NCBI GenBank assembly: GCA_964471275.1
Contig: CAYYGZ010000003.1
Coordinates: 1-54,601 of the forward strand
From: an uncultured bacterium
Lineage (GTDB): Bacteria; Latescibacterota; UBA2968
Length of the DNA: 54,601 bases
Reading direction: 5' to 3'
Part shown: piece by piece, positions 29,139 through 39,521 of the stretch
Layout: every line of letters begins with the position of its first letter
How positions within the stretch are numbered: the stretch's first letter is position 1
Notes under the pieces: model-generated
The model's input: only the letters and a program-made list of their open reading frames with translations
Told to the model about the DNA's origin: nothing
The model's database searches: none
Position numbers and translations under genes: made by a program

Positions 29139-29615
29139 TCAGATAGCCAGATAATTGTCTGCGCGGGAAATGAAACTGGGAGTGGATTCCCAGATTGAAT
29201 CAACCATCTGAAGCACGTAGGCATCGGCCCCGGCAGGATCCGCCTTCCAGTCGGGCAGGCTCTCGCCGAGATCCAGAACGGGCTCGTCTTTGTCGTAGCA
29301 GACGCGGTTGTAGAGGGGAATCTCGCGACCGAAGTGCTCACACACAAAAGCCTGGTGATCCAGACTCATCGCTACGGGTAGGTCTGCGCCGTCGAGGATG
29401 TCCTGCGTAAGCTTCCGCTGAACGTGGTCCGTGGGATCGATACCGAGCTCGATCAGTCGTACCCGGACGACATCATACATCATCATCGGATTCGCGCCCG
29501 TTCCCGCGGAACTCACGCGCCAGTCACTGTCCTGCGGCAGTTGGGCCCGTAGGGCGTGTTCGGCGATCATGCTTCTGAAGATGTTACCTGTACAGACAAA
29601 GAGAATGGATCTCAA
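29139..29615 (-). CDS. Low-molecular-weight protein-tyrosine-phosphatase / ArsC-like protein
   Basis: ILFVCTGNIFRS (CX5R P-loop), SSAGT, and HVQRKLT...DLPVAM; GGAG RBS with TTG start. Confidence 0.85.
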   Translation of the reverse strand: MRSILFVCTGNIFRSMIAEHALRAQLPQDSDWRVSSAGTGANPMMMYDVVRVRLIELGIDPTDHVQRKLTQDILDGADLPVAMSLDHQAFVCEHFGREIPLYNRVCYDKDEPVLDLGESLPDWKADPAGADAYVLQMVDSIWESTPSFISRADNYLAI

Positions 29616-29680
29616 CAGAATCTCCGACTGGTATGTGGCCGATACCTCACGGCTTCCTCTCTAAACCGACGGTAGACAAT

Positions 29681-31072
29681 ATGGACCCAACGGCAGGCAA
29701 CGTCAGCAGAAGAAATTTCATCAATCGTACAGGATACGCTGCAGCAGGGCTCTCGATGATGTCACATCTTGGGCCTCTTTGGTCCCAGACAGCAAGGGAC
29801 AAGAAGCCGCCGAACATCCTTTTCCTGATGGCAGATGATACCGGCTGGAATGACGTCGGATACAATGGATCTGAGATTCGCACGCCCCACATCGATGGTA
29901 TTGCCAGAGATGGCGTACGACTTGACCAATACTACGTCTACCCGACCTGCTCGCCCAGTCGCGTCGCCCTCCTGTCGGGACGCCCGCCCAGCCGGTGGGG
30001 CATCCTCGGCCCGATCGCTGGAAAAAGCACACAGGCTCTCCCGCCCGACACAACGACGCTCGCCGATGTGTTGAGCGAAGGGGGATACCAGACTGCGATT
30101 ACAGGCAAATGGCACCTCGGATTGCTCAAGGAGTTTGGACCGTGGAACTATGGCTTCGAGTCTACTTACGGGTATCTGCACGGTCAGATCGATCAGTATA
30201 CCCATCGCTACAAATACGGCGATATTACTTGGCATCGCGAGGGAGAATTCGTCGAGGAAGAAGGACACGCAACAGACTTGATCACTGACGAGGCTGTTCA
30301 GTTCATCGAATCGAAACGCGAAAGAAACCGCCCATTCTTTCTCTACGTACCATTCAGTGTACCGCACTTTCCCCTTCAGGAGCCGGAGAAATACACCGGG
30401 CCCTACGAGTCCTCGATCCCGAACGAATCACGTCGACTGTTTGCAGCTTCAACGACTCACATGGATGACGGTATCGGCAAGATTCTCAATGCCCTGAAAT
30501 CACAGGGCATTGAAGATGACACGATCGTCATCTTCTCGAGTGATAACGGCGGCCAGGAGAAATGGTCGGGTGCCCCGGATCAGTATGAGGGACGCCACGG
30601 ACCAAACGACGTGCTCGGCGACAACCGTCCTCTTCGAGCGTGGAAAGGACACGTCTACGAGGGCGGCATCCGTGTACCGGCGGCGATCAGGTGGCCAGGA
30701 AAGCTGAAACCGGCAGCCTTTACTCAGCCCATGATGATCAACGACTTCTTTCCCACATTAGCGACTCTCGTTGGGCTCCGGGCACCCGGAAGTGTGGAAG
30801 GACAGGATGTCTGGCCTGCCATCGCATCTGGTGACGAACTCGAGGATCGTCCCTTCTACTGGCGCACAGGAACACAGCTAGCCCTTCGCTACGGACGCTG
30901 GAAAATCGTCCACCACGGGCCTGATTTGACCGAGGGACAGGATGAGCTCTACGACCTTGTCGACGATCCACACGAGCAGTCAGACCTCGCTGGCTCTGAA
31001 ACCGGTCATCTGAGACGCATGCGGGCCCTGCTTGAAGCGCAGGCCTCTGCCGATCACGTGACTGCGCGCTGA
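29681..31072 (+). CDS. Arylsulfatase (Cys-type) with a Tat signal peptide
   Basis: SRRNFI twin-arginine motif; PNILFLMADDTG, CSPSR, GKWHLG, VPHFPLQ, SDNGG and YEGGIRVP. Confidence 0.92.
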   Translation: MDPTAGNVSRRNFINRTGYAAAGLSMMSHLGPLWSQTARDKKPPNILFLMADDTGWNDVGYNGSEIRTPHIDGIARDGVRLDQYYVYPTCSPSRVALLSGRPPSRWGILGPIAGKSTQALPPDTTTLADVLSEGGYQTAITGKWHLGLLKEFGPWNYGFESTYGYLHGQIDQYTHRYKYGDITWHREGEFVEEEGHATDLITDEAVQFIESKRERNRPFFLYVPFSVPHFPLQEPEKYTGPYESSIPNESRRLFAASTTHMDDGIGKILNALKSQGIEDDTIVIFSSDNGGQEKWSGAPDQYEGRHGPNDVLGDNRPLRAWKGHVYEGGIRVPAAIRWPGKLKPAAFTQPMMINDFFPTLATLVGLRAPGSVEGQDVWPAIASGDELEDRPFYWRTGTQLALRYGRWKIVHHGPDLTEGQDELYDLVDDPHEQSDLAGSETGHLRRMRALLEAQASADHVTAR

Positions 31073-31079
31073 GGCGATC

Positions 31080-32081
31080 ATGAAAGACAACATAAGAGTC
31101 GCCATCTACGGTGCGGGTCGATTCGCCAACAGAAAGCACCTGCCGAATCTTGCACGGATCGACGGGGTCGACATCGTCGCGGTTTGCGATATCAACGAGA
31201 ATACCGCTCGTGACACGGCTGATCACTTCGGCATCCCTAGTGTCTATACCAGCGGTCACGAAATGCTCGCAAAGGAAGAGATCGACGCCTTGTGGTCGAT
31301 CGTTCCGGCCTTTGCCAGAACAGATGTCGAGGCTGCCGCTGCATCTCGGGGTATCCACATCTTCAGTGAAAAGCCGCAGGCACTCGAGATGCCTGTCGCA
31401 CGCCGAATCGACGATGCCATTCGAAAAGCGGATGTTCTCAGCATCGTCTGTTTCCGGGAACGATACCGTCCGATCTTTCAGGAGGCTCGGCGTCTCCTGG
31501 TCGATAAAGAGATCGTCCACATCCGGTTCCAGAGCACTCGCCCCCTGCCAGGGCTGCGTGAAAACGGCGGCTGGCATAGCGCGTTCGAAAAGGGCGCCTC
31601 GGCTTTCTTCGACTGGGGCCCGCACGCCGTAGATTACACTCGCTTCATCACCGGGCTGGATGTCACGACCGCCCAGGCTTACTTCAAGCACGATCCGGAC
31701 AGACACCGCGAACCCACCTCCTCGTCATTCAACTTCCAGATGTCCAACGGAGCGACGATGGCGATGACATTCGTCTGCGCCTCTTCCACCCAGCCTCCAC
31801 AGGAACCCTATTTCCTCGTCTACTACGAGGACGGCTATCTCGGCATCCACGGTTACAAGCACATCGATATAGACGGCGAGATCGTCTACAACGCCGAGGA
31901 ATACGACCCCTGGTTCGAGCTCGACCGCCGGTTCTGCGATGCGGTTCGCTCAGGAGACGACAAACATCTGCTCAACGATTACCACGACGGGTTATATTCT
32001 CTCGCTCCCATACTTGCCGGCTGGGAATCTGCCCGGCTGGGTGGCGAGCCGATCGATGTCGAGCAATATCTGCAGGCCTGA
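31080..32081 (+). CDS. Gfo/Idh/MocA family oxidoreductase
   Basis: VAIYGAGRFA, VAVCD, HIFSEKP and DWGPHAVD motifs. Confidence 0.9.
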   Translation: MKDNIRVAIYGAGRFANRKHLPNLARIDGVDIVAVCDINENTARDTADHFGIPSVYTSGHEMLAKEEIDALWSIVPAFARTDVEAAAASRGIHIFSEKPQALEMPVARRIDDAIRKADVLSIVCFRERYRPIFQEARRLLVDKEIVHIRFQSTRPLPGLRENGGWHSAFEKGASAFFDWGPHAVDYTRFITGLDVTTAQAYFKHDPDRHREPTSSSFNFQMSNGATMAMTFVCASSTQPPQEPYFLVYYEDGYLGIHGYKHIDIDGEIVYNAEEYDPWFELDRRFCDAVRSGDDKHLLNDYHDGLYSLAPILAGWESARLGGEPIDVEQYLQA

Positions 32082-32096
32082 AGTGACATCAACTAC

Positions 32097-34133
32097 TTGC
32101 CTCAGGAAGCGTGCCAAGTGTCGATAGAATCAGAGGCACCATACCCGCAAGCGGATGGGGGTCAGACTGAAGGGTCCACGATTATCACGAAGCGCGCCCT
32201 TTTTGTAGGTCTGGCAATGGGCGTCATCATGCCCCTTTGGCCGACATACACAAGTCTGATCCTGAACTCCACACGAGCTGACCATTCGCACCTCTCGATG
32301 GCCATGCTCGTCCCCTTTTTGGCGCTCCTGGTCATCAACTCCTTCCTCGAACGCCACGATCTCGGGTTCACGCCAACTGAACTGCTGACCGTCTGCTGTA
32401 TCGGCTTCGTCGCCTCGACGATGCAGGGCGAGTGGATCACCGTCTGGTTCCTCCAGATGCTCACCATGCCCACCTACTATGCGTCTCCGGAGAACCGATT
32501 CGATGAACTTCTGTTACCGAACATGCCTGCCTGGACGACGATCACGAACCGAGAAGCTGTGCGCGGATTCTACGAAGGCCTTCTCCCTGGTACGGCATTC
32601 CCGTGGGGAGACTGGTTCCCGGTCCTGTTCTGGTGGGGAGCCCTCATCATCGCCATTCTGGTGATCCATCTGTGCTTAAGTGTACTCCTGCGTAAGCAGT
32701 GGATGGAATACGAGCGGCTGTCGTTCCCTGTAGCAACGGCGATGCTCGAACTGACTGGTGTCTCAGGATCGACCGGAACGCTCCGCACACTCGCCCGAAA
32801 CCGACTCTTTCAATGGGGCTTTTGCCTCACTTTCGCGATCATCAGTTGGAATGTCATTACCTGGTTTACGATCAATCTGCCCATGTTTCCCTTCCTGGCC
32901 GGCCGATACGGACGTCACGTACTCCCTATCGCCCCAGGATTTCCGAGCATCGTGACCACTTTCGTGCTGCTCACCTTCTGTCTCGGCTACTTCTGTAAGC
33001 TCGAAGTGCTCTTCAGTCTCTGGTTCTTCCACGGGGTCAACATCCTGATCGTCGGTATCATGAACCGGTTCGGTCTCGACCTGGGGGCAAACGACCCTTA
33101 CAGTTCGGCCCATCCCGCAATGGGTTTCATGACGTTCGGAGGCATGACGGTTTTCGTCGGCTGGGGATTCTGGATCGCCCGCGACCATTTCCGAGACATC
33201 GCGCGAAAAGCATTCCTGAATGATCAGGACGTCGACGATTCCGAGGAGCTGATGTCCTACAGGACAGCAACCTGGCTGTTCATCGTCTGTTCCGTCTTTG
33301 CAATCATCTGGCTGCTTAGAGCTGGCCTGGGACTCTGGCCAGCGATCACGTGGTCCTTCGCGATGCTGGTTCTCTTTGTCGGTATGTCTCGAATTGTCGT
33401 GGAAAGTGGTCTTGTATACCTGCGCGTGCCCTTGACCGCTCAGGGCTTCACCTGGCACATATTCGGACCCGGAAACCTCGGACCCGCCGGTGCATCGATC
33501 CTCACTTTGACGATGAGCCTGGTCGCTGATGGAAAAGGTTTCGCCATGACACAGATGGCGCACGTGCCTCGATTCAGTGCGGCCATGGCGAAGCGAAGCC
33601 GGAAGGCGATCGCGCCCGCTCTGCTCAGCGGATGCATACTCGGAGCCGCAGTCGTGATCGGATTCGTGATCTACGAGGGATACTTTGGAGTCGGCAGTGC
33701 GAATTTCGGACGAACCACATTCAAGGGTATTGGATCACTCAATGGAGCGGGATTCAGCCGCCTCGCAGTCTCACGCCTTCAGGACGCGGCTACCAAATTC
33801 ACAGAGTGGAATCGCATCGGCTTCATGGGCATCGGGGCGGTCTTCACGGGAGCACTCTACTACCTGCGATATCGCTTCACCCGATTTCCAATCCATCCGA
33901 TCGGTTTCACTATCTGTGGCATGGTTGAGATGCAGGACAACGCCTTCAGTCTGTTCCTCATCTGGTCTGCCAAAACGGTTATCATGAAGATCGGTGGGCT
34001 TACGGCCTACCTACGCTATGCCCCATTCTTCCTTGGGATGATCATCGGATATGTCTCCGGGGTCGCGTTCGGAGTATTCTCCGATGTCTTCTTCTTCGCC
34101 GGAGAGGGGCACGAGATTCACTGTGATCCTTGA
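32097..34133 (+). CDS. Polytopic membrane protein (DUF6785/DUF6784-like, putative transporter)
   Basis: Many hydrophobic segments; LLRKQWMEYERLSFP, LFSLWFF, RIVVESG, FPIHPIGF and PFFLGMIIG, which I recall as typical of this DUF family. The start is uncertain. Confidence 0.75.
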   Translation: MPQEACQVSIESEAPYPQADGGQTEGSTIITKRALFVGLAMGVIMPLWPTYTSLILNSTRADHSHLSMAMLVPFLALLVINSFLERHDLGFTPTELLTVCCIGFVASTMQGEWITVWFLQMLTMPTYYASPENRFDELLLPNMPAWTTITNREAVRGFYEGLLPGTAFPWGDWFPVLFWWGALIIAILVIHLCLSVLLRKQWMEYERLSFPVATAMLELTGVSGSTGTLRTLARNRLFQWGFCLTFAIISWNVITWFTINLPMFPFLAGRYGRHVLPIAPGFPSIVTTFVLLTFCLGYFCKLEVLFSLWFFHGVNILIVGIMNRFGLDLGANDPYSSAHPAMGFMTFGGMTVFVGWGFWIARDHFRDIARKAFLNDQDVDDSEELMSYRTATWLFIVCSVFAIIWLLRAGLGLWPAITWSFAMLVLFVGMSRIVVESGLVYLRVPLTAQGFTWHIFGPGNLGPAGASILTLTMSLVADGKGFAMTQMAHVPRFSAAMAKRSRKAIAPALLSGCILGAAVVIGFVIYEGYFGVGSANFGRTTFKGIGSLNGAGFSRLAVSRLQDAATKFTEWNRIGFMGIGAVFTGALYYLRYRFTRFPIHPIGFTICGMVEMQDNAFSLFLIWSAKTVIMKIGGLTAYLRYAPFFLGMIIGYVSGVAFGVFSDVFFFAGEGHEIHCDP

Positions 34134-34261
34134 TCGCTTAACGCCTGGCGCTGAGCGGAAGAGCGCACCGACAAGGCGCTTGTCTACAAGAGTCAGAAAC
34201 ACCGTGATTATCGAATTGACCACGCAGTATGGCAACAGCACCACACGCTAAGGAGCGGAAT

Positions 34262-35275
34262 ATGTACATCGGAACACAAGGCAGCTTCCCGGAAGACCAC
34301 GATCTCGAGCTGCTTGCACAACTGGGCATCAACAACATTGACACGACTCCGAAGGAGCCGAAGTCGGAGTGGACGACGGACCTGATCACAAGCTATCGTG
34401 AGCGGTGCGCGAAATACGGTATCAACCTCGAGATGATGCACCTGATCAGTTCGAGCAACGCGCTGAAAGGCAAGCAAACGGGTGCGATCTTCCTGAAGCC
34501 GAGCGACGAGCGCGAACGGCAGCTCGACCTTGTTTGCAACATCATCCGTATGTCAGGTGAAGCGGGAATTCGAGGATTGAACTATAACATCACCATCCTG
34601 GGCCATCTCAGAACGGAGCGAACGGAGGGACGTGGCGGTGCGGGCCTGTCGACTTTCGACTATGCCGAACTGCTCGACAAGGGAACCGCGCGTGAGCCGA
34701 GCGAGACACGTTTCAGCGAATTTCAGGATGGACCAGCGGATGGCGATGAAATGTGGGAGCGGATCGACTACTGGCTCAAGCGAGTCGTCCCTGTGGCTGA
34801 GGAGTACAAGGTACAGCTCGCCTGTCACCCGTCGGATCCTGGCATCGGCGTCGGTACGCTCTACCGAGGGGTCGATCGGGTACTCGGTATGGCCGACGGT
34901 TTCAAGAAGCTCATCGATCTGTATGACAGCCCGTATAACGGGTTGAATTTCTGCGTTGGCTGCATGTCAGAGCAATGTGAGACACCCGCCGAGGAAATCT
35001 TCGACATCATTCGGTATTTCGGCGAACGAAAGCGGATCTTCAATATCCATTACAGGAACATCAAGGGCGGGCTGCGCAAATTTGTCGAAGTATTCCCGGA
35101 CGAGGGCGACGTCAACATGCTGGAGGTCCTGCAGACGCTGAAGGAAGTCGACTACCCCTACATGATCATGCCGGATCACGTCCCGCAGCTATCGGGACCG
35201 GAGCCACGTCGCGTCGGATTCGCTTTCACATACGGCTACATCCAGGCGGCGCTGCAGGCTGTCGGAACAAACTAG
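34262..35275 (+). CDS. Mannonate dehydratase (UxuA)-like protein
   Basis: AAGGAG RBS; VVPVAEEYKVQLACHPSDP, NGLNFCVG, IHYRN, FVEVFPDEGDVNM, MPDHVP and AFTYGYI. Confidence 0.85.
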   Translation: MYIGTQGSFPEDHDLELLAQLGINNIDTTPKEPKSEWTTDLITSYRERCAKYGINLEMMHLISSSNALKGKQTGAIFLKPSDERERQLDLVCNIIRMSGEAGIRGLNYNITILGHLRTERTEGRGGAGLSTFDYAELLDKGTAREPSETRFSEFQDGPADGDEMWERIDYWLKRVVPVAEEYKVQLACHPSDPGIGVGTLYRGVDRVLGMADGFKKLIDLYDSPYNGLNFCVGCMSEQCETPAEEIFDIIRYFGERKRIFNIHYRNIKGGLRKFVEVFPDEGDVNMLEVLQTLKEVDYPYMIMPDHVPQLSGPEPRRVGFAFTYGYIQAALQAVGTN

Positions 35276-35323
35276 ATCTGGCGCGACTCACCCTCCGCCA
35301 GCAGTCCAACTCGATCACTTACA

Positions 35324-35364
35324 CGAAGGGGGACACACACTTGAGCTCAGTGTGTCCCCCTTCG
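35324..35364. terminator. 15-bp perfect hairpin between convergent genes (probable bidirectional terminator)
   Basis: CGAAGGGGGACACAC, an 11-nt loop, then GTGTGTCCCCCTTCG. Confidence 0.7.
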
Positions 35365-35396
35365 CTAATCTCTACAGAACGGATGCGCAGGTTCTC

Positions 35397-37612
35397 TCAG
35401 ACCTGCGTGTCACTGGGTTCGGGCCATTTCAGATGCTTGTGCAGGAACCGGAACGTCCCTTCTCCGTGTATCTCGTGCCCACCGACAAAGACTTCCATCT
35501 CCGTTCGGTCCCCGATACCCAATAGATTGTAGTGCCGCTTCACCTTCGCATACTCGTGTGCCACGGTCTCGTCCGGTGCGACACCGTCGGAATGCCCCCG
35601 CTCGACCATAAAGGGTCTCGGGCAGATCAGGCGGCTCATCTCCGCATAGTTGAAGGTGCGTCCGAGACCCCATTCGAAGATCTCATACTCGCCCTTTGTC
35701 GCGTAGCTGTAATCATTGTCGGTAGACGCGTTCTTCCAAACCCACTCGTTGAAATCCGCCGAGCAAATCGACAAACAATAGTTGTCCACAAGCGGTGGCA
35801 CGCGCATCGCCGCCTTCCCTCCGTAGCTGATCCCGTAAAATCCGATCCGCTCCCCATCGACATAAGGCAGTGTCTTCAGCCAGTCCGTGATCTGCCGGTT
35901 CTGGGGGATAATCAGGGAAAACAGCGTCTTCTTCAGCGGATAGGCTTTCCGCTGAAGGGTCCGGAACCGATCTGTGAAGAGATACAGGTTTTGGGGCGCA
36001 AAAACGACAAAGCCTCGTTTGCAGAGGGCGGCGCCAAAGTCGTTGTAAGCATCCCGTGATCCATCGACCACCACCTGCGGACGACCTTCGAGTCCGTGCT
36101 GGCAGACCACCACGGATCGTTGATCGTTCGCTGCCAGATCGTCAGGCAGCGCCAGGATCTCGTATGCGATCAGCCCGGGAAAGACGTCCAACACGACCTC
36201 GTAGCCTTTCCAGCCTGGCTCATCGTATGCAAGTCGTGTGCGGGGGTTGACTGGAAGAAGGTTCTCGTCAAACTCCCCGATCACCTCGTCGGCAAAGTAT
36301 CTGCGATAGGGTTCGGCCGTTTCTTCGAACGTATCGAGTGAACTGCAGTCCAGATCCCCGAAGAACTCATCCCTGGATTTCGCACACGCTCGTAGAAGCC
36401 CCTGGTTGTGCCGATCGAGCTCGTGAACCTGTCTTTCACGTCGAGTAGTCGAGGAGAAGCCAACCAGCAGGCTTTTCGGCCTGTCCCCGGGCCCAGCCAT
36501 CTCGGCATCACTTAAGGCTCCCGTGAACTGACTGAGCGCCGGGTCAGAACCGCATGCACCCGTTCCATCTCCGCTCACAACAAGATCGAGCCGCGTGACA
36601 GGTCTCAGGTCTTCAATAAATCGTCTGGCCCGATCGACCTCCGCCTCGACATCTGCGATATTCGGCGTCGACAGCTCGCAGGGCGCTCCTTTGCCCTCGC
36701 CAACGGCTACGTTCACCTCAGGTGAGGCGGAAGCTTCCACGATCAGCGTCCGGGGAGCGACCAGGCTGGCGATCTCGGCATCCCCGAACTGCTTGAGCAG
36801 ACCAAAAACATTCCGTTCGACCGGCTCTCTCCAGATCTGTTGCCGTGTGTTGAAATATCCGCTCACGCACGTGGCGTCGATTCGCTCATCCACGGCCGCT
36901 GAATAGAGTGCGAGGAGCCCACCCTCTCCCCAGTCGATAACGCCTGTCCGTAACCTGGGTGTAACGTCATTACGCTGCTCAAACCAATCGATCGCCGCCA
37001 GTATCTTCTGCAATTCGTAACCGAGAAGGTGACGACCCAATACGAATGCAGACCGGTATAGAAGCTCTCGGTTCGAAATACCATCCACCGCCTCGGATCG
37101 ATCGATCAACGTGGGAACGACTATACGGCAGCCGGATTCGGCCAGACGCCGCGCATACTGCGACTCCGGCGGCACACCATCAATTAGGCCGGTCAACTGT
37201 TCCGGAAGCACATTCGCATCTGGAACCGCGACGACATTTGCCACCGGTTCGCGATCGAGGGGCGTTAGCAGCAGACCTTCTCCCTGGACATCGGCGAACG
37301 CTGGCCACCGGACGGAGTGTGCCTCGTATCCATCACCAGTACCTGCGAGTGCCGACTGCTCGGTTGTCGTGATCAGTTCGAGAGTCGAGAACCGCGAGCG
37401 ATCATCATCCAGCCCCAGAAGATGAGCCAGCCGAGATCTGTTCGGCTCTACAGATGCGGCGTATGCCTCAGGGGAGGACACGTCACGCGACCAGAGCTGC
37501 GAACGGTTCGCTTCCGACACAGGAATCCGTCGGCACCGGTCACAAGATGCGAAGCGATATCTCCTTCCAGAGTCAAGAGATCCGTACCGTGGATCCGCAG
37601 ACCGTCGGGCAT
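35397..37612 (-). pseudogene. Two-domain alpha/beta-hydrolase (dienelactone hydrolase / acetyl-xylan-esterase-like) with an N-terminal frameshift
   Basis: The main frame 35397..37520 has WGEGG and GISYGG nucleophile-elbow-like motifs, VCQHGLEG and GGHEIHG. The natural-looking N-terminus (ATG 37612, 5 nt after the upstream stop: MPDGLRIHGTDLLTLEGDIASHLVTGADGFL) lies in a different frame and shifts near 37521. A restart at GTG 37520 could still give a product. Confidence 0.65.
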
Positions 37613-37617
37613 GCCGT

Positions 37618-38610
37618 TCACGTCACATCCTCGATCTGGATCACCCGGGCTCCCTTCGACTCGAGCGCCGCGAGGTTCACTTTCAAAGTGTGCACAGCCT
37701 CGTCCAGTGAACAGAGAACCGGGCCTCGTCCCTCGCACGCGTCCACCGTGTATTGTGCCTGAAGTCGAAACAATTCATCCCGCTCGCTGATCAGCGTGTC
37801 ACTCCACGTCCACTCGGTCTCACCGCAACGCATGACGCCATACCGATGCTGGTGGGCATTCACACGTAAGCTGCCCTCGATCGCATTCACCTGAACTACG
37901 GATTCATTCGGCGACATGAACTGGTTAATCGACAGGTTCAGCATAACGTCGCCGCCAGCTCGTGCCGTCAGATGAACCGTGTCCTCAACCACAACACCCG
38001 GCAGTGCCTGGTGGTCGTAGTCACAGAAGACCCAGTCCAGTGGTCCCACCAAGTATTGCATCAGATTGAACAGATGCGTGGCAGCGTCCTGAACGGCACC
38101 ACCATCTGTCTTCAGATCCGTGTAGTAAATGTCCCGGTATGCGGGCCGGAAGGTCGGAAAGTGCTGTCCACTCACGATCGTGACCTGCCGAACAGCGCCG
38201 TAAGCGTTCTCTTGGATCATCTTGCGCACCGCCTGATACGCGGGGTGTGCGCGATAGACGTATGCCACACCCACGATCCGATCTGACGTAATACGTTGGA
38301 GTTCATCAACGCGATCCATCGACACGCCGAGCGGCTTCTCGATCAGCCACGCGCTTGTGCTGTCTTGGAATGCGATCGCGTGCTCGATGTGAAGGTGTGC
38401 CGGTGTCGCGATGACAACCAGGTCCCAATTCATGCTGACAGCTTCGGAAACTGATCTGTAGCCCGTCACACCATAGCTCTTCACCAAACCTTCCCGCCGC
38501 TCGTCCATCGACTCGCAAATCGACACCCGACACGGCTCGACCTGCTGAAAGCACCTCAGGTGACGCTCGCCAATAGAGCCTCCGCCCACCACCAACACGT
38601 CTAGAGACAC
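37618..38610 (-). CDS. Gfo/Idh/MocA family oxidoreductase
   Basis: VLVVGGGSIGERH, VVIATPAHLH, LIEKP, GGAVQDAATH and VEDT; GTG 38610 with a GGAGG RBS overlapping the SDR stop. Confidence 0.88.
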   Translation of the reverse strand: MSLDVLVVGGGSIGERHLRCFQQVEPCRVSICESMDERREGLVKSYGVTGYRSVSEAVSMNWDLVVIATPAHLHIEHAIAFQDSTSAWLIEKPLGVSMDRVDELQRITSDRIVGVAYVYRAHPAYQAVRKMIQENAYGAVRQVTIVSGQHFPTFRPAYRDIYYTDLKTDGGAVQDAATHLFNLMQYLVGPLDWVFCDYDHQALPGVVVEDTVHLTARAGGDVMLNLSINQFMSPNESVVQVNAIEGSLRVNAHQHRYGVMRCGETEWTWSDTLISERDELFRLQAQYTVDACEGRGPVLCSLDEAVHTLKVNLAALESKGARVIQIEDVT

Positions 38611-39389
38611 GTCCACCCTCCATCGACCATCAGGTTCAAGCCGGTTACATAGGCAGAGGCATCTGATGCGAGGAATACGGCAGCACCCTTCACATCCTCG
38701 GTATTCATCATGCGACCAATTGGGCAACGCTTCTCGTATCGATCCACAAACATCTTGGGCTGATCGTTGAAGTAGCCGCCCGGACTGATGCAATTCGCCC
38801 GAACGCCCTGTTTTCCGTAGTAGCACGCCAGATATCGTGTAAAGTTGACCATCCCAGCTTTGACGAACGTATATGAGGCTGGCTGCACCATATCCGTTCC
38901 TTCGTACATACTCGGGTCGTTCGAGACGGCGCCAAAGATGCTGGAGATGTTGATGATCGATCCGCCTCCCTGTGAAACCATATCCGGGATAAACTGTTGG
39001 CAGATTCGAAGCAGCCCGGTATAGTCACCGGATCCTGACAGCCGCATCGCTTCTATCGGTTGCTCCTTGAACGGACCGACGTGGCCACCGCGCGCAATCG
39101 CCGCATTCACGAGCACATCCAACCTGCCGAATCGCTCGATCACTTCATCGTGCAATCGATCGATCGAATCGGTGTCAGCGATATCGCACTGCATTCCGTA
39201 GGCATCGTATCCTTTGTCGCGCAGCGATTCAGAGTAGTCTGTGTTCGCCTCCAGGTTCCGGGACGCCGTTATCACCGTGGCCCCGGCTTCTGCGAACGCT
39301 TCGCTCAGACTGCTGCCAAACAGCGGACCCGCACCCGCCGTGACGAGTATGATCCGATCACTCAGCGAAAACCGATCAAGAATTGCCAT
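38601..39389 (-). CDS. Short-chain dehydrogenase/reductase (SDR)
   Basis: LVTAGAGPLFG, GRLDVLVNAA, IINISSIFG, YTFVK (YxxxK), ANCISPGG and NLMVDGG. Confidence 0.92.
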   Translation of the reverse strand: MAILDRFSLSDRIILVTAGAGPLFGSSLSEAFAEAGATVITASRNLEANTDYSESLRDKGYDAYGMQCDIADTDSIDRLHDEVIERFGRLDVLVNAAIARGGHVGPFKEQPIEAMRLSGSGDYTGLLRICQQFIPDMVSQGGGSIINISSIFGAVSNDPSMYEGTDMVQPASYTFVKAGMVNFTRYLACYYGKQGVRANCISPGGYFNDQPKMFVDRYEKRCPIGRMMNTEDVKGAAVFLASDASAYVTGLNLMVDGGWTCL

Positions 39390-39521
39390 TGTCATTCCTT
39401 CGTCTAACACTCGTCATCACCTTGCTTTTCCTCATCATTGCACCGTGGTAGTCTGCCCAGAATACGTGATAGCGCTGCCCTGAGCGAACGCCTCATCAGG
39501 ATGCTATCTCGATCAGAATCC

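Noticed and set aside
39465..39510. Hammerhead ribozyme (CTGATGAG on the minus strand)
   Set aside because: No GAAA after the putative stem II and no cleavage-site stem; better explained as a degenerate REP-like hairpin.
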